Shown in pieces: positions 52,580 through 59,697 of a stretch of DNA of 64,000 nucleotides. Numbering within the stretch: position 1 is the first letter of the stretch; each line of letters begins with the position of its first letter. Origin of the DNA: an uncultured Gemmatimonadales bacterium (GTDB lineage Bacteria > Gemmatimonadota > Gemmatimonadetes > Gemmatimonadales > GWC2-71-9); assembly GCA_963771275.1 (NCBI GenBank), contig CAVYSW010000003.1, positions 1,184,001 through 1,248,000 on the forward strand, written 5' to 3'. Under the pieces are notes generated by a model. The model worked only from the letters and a program-made list of their open reading frames with translations, did not search any database and was not told the origin of the DNA. Position numbers and translations under genes: made by a program.

Positions 52580-53215
52580 TCAGTCTCCGGGTGCAGGGAG
52601 TTCCGGAACGGCCCGTTCGACGGTGAGCGTGTGATCCTCGTTGACGCCGGTGACACGGACGAGGGCGCCGGTCACGAGCGCTTCACCGTCGGTCACCGCC
52701 GGGTAGTACTGCATCCGCTCGTCCACCACGACGCGGACGGAGCCGCGTCCTGCCCGCTGCGCGGGGACGGTCACGTAGACCGAGCCTTCCTCATACAGCG
52801 CGGTTTCCATGGTGAGGGTGCCGCTACTCTGCATCCGAGCGATGAAGGTGAGCATCTTCCCGAGCATCCACATCATGCCCGACCCGGTGGCCAGGCCCAC
52901 CCCCACGCCGACGAATACCGGCAGGCCGAAGCCGCGCACCGCGCTCAGGCCGCCCCACCCGAACCCCATGAGGAAGGCGGCGATCGCCTGGATCGAGAGG
53001 ATCTTGAACGCCGCGCCGGAGTCGGTGTGGTCGGCGGCGTCGCCGCCGGCGTCGCCGCCGGCGTCTCCCCCGCTCGTGTCCAGCACGAAATCGTGGTGCA
53101 GGTCATTGACCCCGCCGAACAACATCAGGCCAATGCGCACGAGGAAGAACAGGGTGCCGACCAGGGCCGGCACCCCGAAGAGTCCTGCATTGCCGCCGAG
53201 CAATACGTCCAGCAT
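52580..53215 (-). CDS. NfeD-like membrane partner of flotillin
   Basis: TM helices plus C-terminal OB-fold (GSVYVTVP..GRGSVRV); adjacent to flotillin. Confidence 0.85.
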   Translation of the reverse strand: MLDVLLGGNAGLFGVPALVGTLFFLVRIGLMLFGGVNDLHHDFVLDTSGGDAGGDAGGDAADHTDSGAAFKILSIQAIAAFLMGFGWGGLSAVRGFGLPVFVGVGVGLATGSGMMWMLGKMLTFIARMQSSGTLTMETALYEEGSVYVTVPAQRAGRGSVRVVVDERMQYYPAVTDGEALVTGALVRVTGVNEDHTLTVERAVPELPAPGD

Positions 53216-53295
53216 GAAGATCCGCACCGGCGTCCGAGGCAAGCGGGAAGATGCGCCGGCGGACGAGGCGTCGGAAGAGGGCGTATCTTGAAAGC

Positions 53296-54162
53296 ATGAT
53301 CCGGTTCGGCGTCGCGGGCTGGGACTACGACGACTGGTGGGGCCCGGTCTACCCGGCCGACCGGAAAGGGAGGCGCGCGTTCGATGCCCTCACCTACCTC
53401 GCCCGCTACTTCGACACCATCGAGATCAACTCGACGTTCTACCGGCCCGCGTCCGAGCGCTCGGCGACGGCGTGGGCGCGGCGGGTGGAGGGCAATCCGA
53501 ACTTCAGATTTACCGCCAAGCTGTACCAGCGGTTCACGCACCAACGGGACGAAGCCTGGACTCGCCCCGAGGTGGACGAGGTGCGGCGCGGGCTCGCGCC
53601 GCTCTTGGAAGCGGACCGGCTCGGCTGCCTGCTGGTCCAGTTTCCGTGGTCGTTCAAGCGGGACGCGGCATCACGCGAGTGGCTGGGCGATCTGGTCACC
53701 GCGTTCGGCGACTTCCCGCTCGCCGTCGAGGTGCGTCACAGCTCGTGGAATGTGCCGGAGTTCTACGCGTCGCTCCGCGAACGGGGCGTCGGCGCGGTGA
53801 ACATCGACCAGCCGGTGTTCCGGGACTCCATCAAGCCCGGTACCGAGGTCACGTCCGGCGTGGGCTATGTGCGGCTGCACGGCCGGAACTACGAGAACTG
53901 GTTCCGCGACGACGCCGAATCACACGAGCGGTATGACTACCTGTATACGAAGGCTGAGCTGGAAGGCTGGCTCGAGCGGATTCACGAGGTGGCGGAACGC
54001 GCGCGCGACACCTACGTGATCACGAACAACCATTACCGCGGGCAGGCACCGGCGAACGCGCTGATGCTCAGGCGGTTGTCAGGGGAGAGCGTGGTGGCGC
54101 CGCCGGAGCTGATGGCGGCATTTGCCGACGCGTTCCGGGGCGTCGGCCTCGGTATGGGTTGA
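53296..54162 (+). CDS. DUF72 family protein
   Basis: GVAGWDY.DW, FDTIEINSTFY, QFP.SF, VEVRH.SW, YVRLHGRN, YDYLY, NNHY. Confidence 0.92.
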   Translation: MIRFGVAGWDYDDWWGPVYPADRKGRRAFDALTYLARYFDTIEINSTFYRPASERSATAWARRVEGNPNFRFTAKLYQRFTHQRDEAWTRPEVDEVRRGLAPLLEADRLGCLLVQFPWSFKRDAASREWLGDLVTAFGDFPLAVEVRHSSWNVPEFYASLRERGVGAVNIDQPVFRDSIKPGTEVTSGVGYVRLHGRNYENWFRDDAESHERYDYLYTKAELEGWLERIHEVAERARDTYVITNNHYRGQAPANALMLRRLSGESVVAPPELMAAFADAFRGVGLGMG

Positions 54163-54186
54163 CAGACTTAGCTAAATCTCTAAGTA
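54159..54186 (+). promoter_or_regulatory. sdpR promoter with ArsR-type operator
   Basis: TTGACA (54159-54164) followed by inverted repeat ACTTAG-N8-CTAAGT (54166-54185). Confidence 0.7.
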
Positions 54187-54192
54187 TTCGGC

Positions 54193-54474
54193 ATGAGCTT
54201 GCGCGAGGGTGTCTTCAAGGCGCTGTCGGACCCGACCCGCCGACAGATTCTGGAGCTCTTGGGCCGGCGGGACATGACCGCGGGGGAGATCGCCGACCGG
54301 TTCCCGATCGCCTTCGCGTCGGTCTCGCGACATCTGGGGATCCTGCGCGATGCCGACCTGGTGGCGACCGAGCGAGAGGGACAGTTCATCCGCTACCGGC
54401 TGAACACGACGGTGTACCAGGAGCTGGTGCGCTACCTGGTGCGAGTATTCGGAGGAGGATCGCCCCATGCGTAA
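54193..54474 (+). CDS. sdpR: ArsR/SmtB family repressor, SdpR-like
   Basis: VFKALSDPTRRQIL.LL..DMTAGEIA..F..SRHL..YRLNTTV; precedes sdpI. Confidence 0.85.
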   Translation: MSLREGVFKALSDPTRRQILELLGRRDMTAGEIADRFPIAFASVSRHLGILRDADLVATEREGQFIRYRLNTTVYQELVRYLVRVFGGGSPHA

Positions 54475-55105
54475 GCGCTGGCTCGGACTGGTGATCGCCG
54501 CCCTGGCGATCGCGTTCTCGATCTGGGCGTACCCGCAGCTGCCGGACAAGGTGCCCACGCACTGGAACTTCCGGGGCGAGCCGGACGGCTACTCATCGCG
54601 CCTGATCGGGGTTGCCCTGATGCCCCTCGTGATCCTGGCGATCACCGGCATTGCGCAGGTGCTGCCGCGGATCGATCCCCGCAGCGCCAACTACGCCAAG
54701 TTCATCAAGGTCTACTGGCTGATGATGAACGGGATCCTGCTGTTCATGGGGGTGCTCCACTTCGCGATGCTGGGCAACGCGCTGGGCGCTCCGGTGAACA
54801 TTGGGCGCATTGCGCCGGTGGGGGTGGGTTTGCTGTTCATGCTGCTCGGGAACTACTTCGGGCGAGTCGAGCCCAACTGGTTCTTGGGGATCCGCACGCC
54901 GTGGACGCTCTCCAGCGACACGGTCTGGCGGAAGACGCACCGCACGGGTGCGTGGCTGTTCGTGATCGGCGGCCTGCTGATGATCGCGTGCGCGTTCCTC
55001 AGGAAGACCGCGGTGTACGTGGTGTTCGGGCTCACGATCGCGCTGGTGGCCCTCGTGCCGGTCGTGCTGTCGTACGTCCTCTGGCGCAAGGAGCAGGCGC
55101 GATGA
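54467..55105 (+). CDS. sdpI: SdpI family membrane (immunity-like) protein
   Basis: LPDKVPTHWN..GEPDGY; GNY..PNWFLGIRTPWTLSSD.VW.KTHR. Confidence 0.88.
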   Translation: MRKRWLGLVIAALAIAFSIWAYPQLPDKVPTHWNFRGEPDGYSSRLIGVALMPLVILAITGIAQVLPRIDPRSANYAKFIKVYWLMMNGILLFMGVLHFAMLGNALGAPVNIGRIAPVGVGLLFMLLGNYFGRVEPNWFLGIRTPWTLSSDTVWRKTHRTGAWLFVIGGLLMIACAFLRKTAVYVVFGLTIALVALVPVVLSYVLWRKEQAR

Positions 55106-56097
55106 ACGGGAACCGGGGTGCGGCGATCGCCGTCGCGGCGTTGTCGGTCTTCACGGTGCGGGCCGCGGCACAGGCGGTGGCCGACACGCTCCCGCCGGCC
55201 GGCGTGACGGAGACGCCCTACACGTTCACCAGCGGCGCCCTGACTCTCTCCGGCACCCTGGCCATGCCCGCCGCGGCCGGCCCGGTGCCCGTGGCCCTGA
55301 TCGTGGCAGGCTCGGGCCCCACCGACCGGAACGGGAACTCCGGGCAGGGTCTCCGGACCAACACGTACGCGCAGCTTGCGTGGGGTCTCGCCCAGCGGGG
55401 CATCGCCTCGCTGCGGTACGACAAGCGTGTGCTGCCGGCCACGCAAGGCCCGGTGGACATCGCGGAGCTCACGTTCGACGACTTTGCGGCGGATCTCTCA
55501 GCCGCGGGGACCGCGCTCGCGCATGACGGGCGGTTCTCGAAAGTGATCGTGATCGGGCACAGCGAGGGCGCCTCGCTGGCCGTGCGGGCGGTGGCGCGCG
55601 GCCTCGCGCCCGCGGGGATCGTGCTGATCGCCGGTGTGGGGCGGCCGTTCGGGGCGGTGATCCACGAGCAGCTCGGCCGCCAGGTGGATTCCGCCACGCT
55701 GGTCCTGTTCGACAGCGCGCTGGCGCGGTACCTGCGCAACGAGCCGACCGGCGATGTCCCGGGTCCCCTGATGGTGCTGCTGGCGCCGGTCAACCGCACC
55801 TACATGCAGAGCCTTGTGGCGCTCGATCCGGTGGACGAGCTCAAGTCCGTCACGGTGCCGACGATGATCATGCAGGGTGCGGCGGACGCACAGGTGCGCG
55901 TCGTCGATGCCGAGCTGCTACACCAGGCCCGGCCCGACGCGCAGCTGGTGATCCTCCCCGAGACCAACCACGTCCTGAAGCACGTGACCGGCACGCTGCT
56001 CGCCGCCCAGATCACGACCTATCGGGATCCCACGATCCCGATCGTCCCCGACGTGGTGACCCGGATTGCCGACTGGATCGACGCGTTGGGGCGGTAG
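55102..56097 (+). CDS. Secreted alpha/beta hydrolase
   Basis: GSGPTDRNGN, RYDKR, GHSEG nucleophile elbow, D..QV, NH; ATGA-coupled to sdpI. Confidence 0.88.
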   Translation: MNGNRGAAIAVAALSVFTVRAAAQAVADTLPPAGVTETPYTFTSGALTLSGTLAMPAAAGPVPVALIVAGSGPTDRNGNSGQGLRTNTYAQLAWGLAQRGIASLRYDKRVLPATQGPVDIAELTFDDFAADLSAAGTALAHDGRFSKVIVIGHSEGASLAVRAVARGLAPAGIVLIAGVGRPFGAVIHEQLGRQVDSATLVLFDSALARYLRNEPTGDVPGPLMVLLAPVNRTYMQSLVALDPVDELKSVTVPTMIMQGAADAQVRVVDAELLHQARPDAQLVILPETNHVLKHVTGTLLAAQITTYRDPTIPIVPDVVTRIADWIDALGR

Positions 56098-56100
56098 TCT

Positions 56101-56160
56101 GGAGCGGCAGGAGCGGCAGGAGCGGCAGAGGGGGCAGCGGGGGAGAGGAGAGCGGTGGAG
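56101..56160. repeat. 9-mer tandem repeat between convergent genes
   Basis: GGAGCGGCA x3 followed by degenerate copies. Confidence 0.75.
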
Positions 56161-56202
56161 AGTGTCATCGCCCCACCGGAGGGTACGCGGCAGGCGGAGT
56201 CG

Positions 56203-57198
56203 CTACCACAATCGCAACTGCTCCGTCCGCCGTCCCGACGTAGCCGAGAAGGTGTAGACCGGCAGACCGATCTCGCCGGCGAGCGCCGTGAAGCGGGCGG
56301 TGAGCGCGCTGCGATAGCGGGATGGCGCGTCGGCCGCGCGGCCGTAAGCCGCGGCGTAGCGACGGGCGAGCCCGGGAAAGTGACGCTCGAGAACGGGGAG
56401 CAGCGGCTCGCGGACCGCGGGATAGAGCCGCAGGGGGCCGGCGTGCGCCGACCCGGCTCCCGCGTCGCGCGCGGCCCGCAGCACGGCCCGCAGGTGGGCC
56501 ACTCCATCAGTGATGCCGGGGAGCACCGGGGCGAGGATGAGCACGGTGTTGAGGCGCGCCGTCGCAAGGCGCGCAAGCGCCCGGAGGCGTGCCCGTGGGG
56601 CCGGGGAACGCGGCTCGAACAGCCGCACCAGCTTCGGGTCGGTGCCGATGAGCGAGATGTGCACCACGAGCTCGTGGCGTGCCGCGACGGCGCCAAGCAG
56701 CGCGATGTCGCGCGTCACCAGCGGGCTCTTTGTTACGATGGCGATGTGGAATCCGCGCTCGGCCGCGAGCCGCTCGAGCACGAGCCGGGTGAGCCGAAAC
56801 ACGCGCTCGGCCGGTTGGTAAGGATCGGTTGCCGTCCCGATCCCGAGCGCATGGCGCGCGCCGTGCCGACGCCGCAACCGCGCGAGGTCCCGGTCGAGAG
56901 CGTCCGCCAGCTGCTCGCGCTGCTTGACGAGAATGGTGTGCTCGAACGCTTCCCACGGCTTGGGCGACACACCGTCCGGTCCGGGGATGGCGGCGAACGC
57001 GCCGACCTTGCGGGCGCGCTCCAGAGCATAGGCATGCGCGAAGCGCGCGTAGCAGTAGCGGCACCCGAACTCGCATCCGATGTAGGGGTTGAGCGACCAG
57101 AAGGGGAGCCCGGTCGCCTCGGGCGGATTGAGGATCGAATGAACGGGCCGCTCGAGGAACCGGACAGTGCGACCGGTTCGGATCTCGTTCAGCCGCAT
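56203..57198 (-). CDS. Radical SAM protein, spore-photoproduct-lyase-like (Rv2578c/PA0069 type)
   Basis: WSLNPYIGCEFGCRYCYA, GTATDPYQPAE, TKS.LV.RD, FEP..P, APVLPGITD. Confidence 0.9.
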   Translation of the reverse strand: MRLNEIRTGRTVRFLERPVHSILNPPEATGLPFWSLNPYIGCEFGCRYCYARFAHAYALERARKVGAFAAIPGPDGVSPKPWEAFEHTILVKQREQLADALDRDLARLRRRHGARHALGIGTATDPYQPAERVFRLTRLVLERLAAERGFHIAIVTKSPLVTRDIALLGAVAARHELVVHISLIGTDPKLVRLFEPRSPAPRARLRALARLATARLNTVLILAPVLPGITDGVAHLRAVLRAARDAGAGSAHAGPLRLYPAVREPLLPVLERHFPGLARRYAAAYGRAADAPSRYRSALTARFTALAGEIGLPVYTFSATSGRRTEQLRLW

Positions 57199-57374
57199 CT
57201 CCCCCAGCCGCAGGTCGGGCAGTAGGAGCAGCCGGACTCCGGGAGGATGCGCGCGCCGCACTCTGGGCACCGCTCTCGATCGTACATACTGTTGAAGAAT
57301 AACAGCTTACGCCGTTCCTCACGGGTGAGGAGCCGGGTCGGCAGAAGCTTGGCGTTGCTGTCTCGATACCGCAT
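57189..57374 (-). CDS. Zn-ribbon microprotein (61 aa)
   Basis: MRYRDSNAK...CPECGARILPESGCSYCPTCGWGRCG; stop overlaps the radical SAM start; directly behind the operator box. Confidence 0.72.
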   Translation of the reverse strand: MRYRDSNAKLLPTRLLTREERRKLLFFNSMYDRERCPECGARILPESGCSYCPTCGWGRCG

Positions 57375-57379
57375 GAACG

Positions 57380-57398
57380 CCGAATATATACCGAAGAT
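57380..57398 (-). promoter_or_regulatory. Candidate SOS/LexA-type operator upstream of the Zn-ribbon/radical SAM operon
   Basis: CCGAATATATACCGAAGAT (+ strand), 18/19 identical to 49088-49106. Confidence 0.7.
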
Positions 57399-57408
57399 TT
57401 CCCGATGG

Positions 57409-59697
57409 CTAGTCCACCGCTGGCGCCGCGAAGAGGGCGGTGCACAGCACCGGCTGGTCCAACTTGGGGTGCCGTACGGGGTGCCTCCCAAGCCAGGCGC
57501 GAAGGGCGGCGGTTCCTCCGCTGAGCGCGTCAGTGAGTTCCCGGTGCGCCCCGATCGCCAGACCGCCATGAAGCCTGACGAGCGCTTCGTCGAGCAGCCC
57601 GAGGGCATGCCGATCCCGCCGCCGCGCGGCAACGCGCGCCCGCGCGAGGATCCTCCGGGCCAGTCGGCGGGCGTCCGGACGATGATCGGTGCTCGCCGCG
57701 GCCGCGACACGACCGCGGAGCATCGTGCGGATCGCCGCGAGCAGTCGGGCCGGGGGCTGGCCGACGACGGCCTGACGCACCATGCAGTCCTCGACGATGT
57801 CGAGCGGCGTGGTATCGTCCACCGGGGCGGCCAGTTCCCACACGTCTCCGCCCCGACCGCTCCAGCGGATCGCGCAGCAGGCACTCGATGGGCCACGCAC
57901 AAGCGTGTGGCCGGCACACGGCGCCCGGTGGCCGCGCGCGAAGCGCTCCCGCCGCTCAAAGGCACCCCCGGTCACGCGGGCGCGGCCGACCGTGGCCGTG
58001 CGCGGAACACCCAGCCTGATCTGCGTGCGCGACTTTCGCTCGATCAGGGCGGTCAGGTCGAGCAGGCTCTCCAGCTCGTCAGGTGGCCCAAACCACCAGG
58101 CCGTGACGATCGAGTGTGGGGACCCGAGGCGCGCGATGCGGCCGAGCCGTTGCTCGAGCCGGAGTGGCGTCCAGGGCAGGTCATAGTGGACGACGCCATC
58201 GGCGTCCTGGAGGTTGAGTCCCTCGCTCGCGAGATCGGTCGCGATCAGCACGTCCACCCTCGTCGCGGTGCGCGTGATGCCGGCCCGCTGCGCGCGCGGC
58301 GCAAACAGAGCGAATGCCTCCGCGATCGAAACCGAGCCCGATGCGATCCGGGCCCGGCGGGACGAGACGGTGGCTACGCGGCGCCATGCCAGCGCGTCGC
58401 CCAAGGCCGTGGCCGTCGCGCGCGCAGCGGTGAACACGAGGGTCTTCCGGCCTGCCCGGCTGCGGAGGATCTCGCTCAGCGCGGAGAGCTTGGGATTGGT
58501 CGCCGACCGGGACAGCGTCACCAGCAGCCGCGTGATGCGTTCCCGCTCCGCTTCCCACTCGTCGGGGTCGACGTGCGTCGCCCGTGCCGGGTCGAGCAGC
58601 AACTCGAGCTGCGGTGACTCGTCGGCCCCGAACAGCGCACGGGCTCCGCCGCGCGACAGGCGCTCACCGCGCCGCGCCGCGGCGAGCGCGCGGTCCAGAT
58701 AGGTGCGATGGCGTAAGAGAGATTCCCGAAACGCCTCGGGCGACGAGGCGAGACGCGCGGCGAGGTGGGTCCGCAGCAGTCCGGCGGCGTCGGTGCCGAA
58801 CGACGGGAACCGGAGACCCGCGAGCCACGCCACGAGCTCGCCGTGGCAGGTGGGGTCGACCGTGGGAAGACGGATCACCGCGGCGTCGCCGGCGTCGGGG
58901 AGCAAGGCGCTGACGCCGGCGGTCTCGGGCGAGCGGGCCACGATGAGCGGGCACAGCGCGCGGACGAGCGGATCGATGGCCTCCCGGCCGGCGGCCGCTT
59001 CGAGCGACGGTACGCCCAATGCCGCGAGGCCGTGATCGGCGAGGAATAGCCGGACGAGAGAGACCAGGTCGGCCGCGCGGTTCACTACGGGGGTCGCGGT
59101 GAGCAGGAGCACATCGGCCGCGCGGACCTGGCGGGCGAGGGCGTCATAGCGGCAGGTCGCGGGATGGCGGAAGCGGTGCGCCTCGTCCACGACGAGGAAC
59201 GGGGTGGCAGGAACCCGTGCGCCGCGACTCAACGCTTCGTGGGTGACCAGGCGCGCCGGGACGTCATGGTGGGCGAGCAGCGCCTGCCACTGGCTCCTGA
59301 TCGCGGCGGGGACCGCGATCGTGGCGCGGGGATAGCGGGTCGCAAGGGCCAGGGCGATGTAGCTCTTGCCCAGTCCCACCGCATCCGCGAGCAGGGCGCC
59401 GCCGAACACTTGGAGTGCCGTCGCGAGTCGCCGGGCGGCTTCGCGCTGGTGCGGCAGCAACCACGCGGGGGGCGTCCAGTCGGCTTCCGCGACGCCGCAC
59501 GCTGCGAGGCGGAGCGCGGGCAACAGGGCGGACAGGGGGCGCGCGGGTCCCGGGTCGGCGATCCACGCAACCGGCTCGCGCACCGGGTGGAGCGCGTCAG
59601 CCGAGATCGTCGGCCAGGGAGCGGAGCGTAGCGCGGACGGTGCTCGGGAGGTCGAGCGCGTCCGCGGCGGCGCCGTCGAGATCGTGCTGTGGGACAT
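57409..59697 (-). CDS. SNF2-like SF2 helicase/ATPase (start uncertain, possibly GTG 59583)
   Basis: LLADAVGLGKS, VVDEAH, LTATPVVN, TDLASEGLNLQ, YDLPWTP.RLEQR.GR. Confidence 0.88.
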   Translation of the reverse strand: MSHSTISTAPPRTRSTSRAPSALRSAPWPTISADALHPVREPVAWIADPGPARPLSALLPALRLAACGVAEADWTPPAWLLPHQREAARRLATALQVFGGALLADAVGLGKSYIALALATRYPRATIAVPAAIRSQWQALLAHHDVPARLVTHEALSRGARVPATPFLVVDEAHRFRHPATCRYDALARQVRAADVLLLTATPVVNRAADLVSLVRLFLADHGLAALGVPSLEAAAGREAIDPLVRALCPLIVARSPETAGVSALLPDAGDAAVIRLPTVDPTCHGELVAWLAGLRFPSFGTDAAGLLRTHLAARLASSPEAFRESLLRHRTYLDRALAAARRGERLSRGGARALFGADESPQLELLLDPARATHVDPDEWEAERERITRLLVTLSRSATNPKLSALSEILRSRAGRKTLVFTAARATATALGDALAWRRVATVSSRRARIASGSVSIAEAFALFAPRAQRAGITRTATRVDVLIATDLASEGLNLQDADGVVHYDLPWTPLRLEQRLGRIARLGSPHSIVTAWWFGPPDELESLLDLTALIERKSRTQIRLGVPRTATVGRARVTGGAFERRERFARGHRAPCAGHTLVRGPSSACCAIRWSGRGGDVWELAAPVDDTTPLDIVEDCMVRQAVVGQPPARLLAAIRTMLRGRVAAAASTDHRPDARRLARRILARARVAARRRDRHALGLLDEALVRLHGGLAIGAHRELTDALSGGTAALRAWLGRHPVRHPKLDQPVLCTALFAAPAVD

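Noticed and set aside
53033..53070. 12-nt repeats in the nfeD-like gene
   Set aside because: Encodes a GGDA low-complexity acidic linker typical of this family
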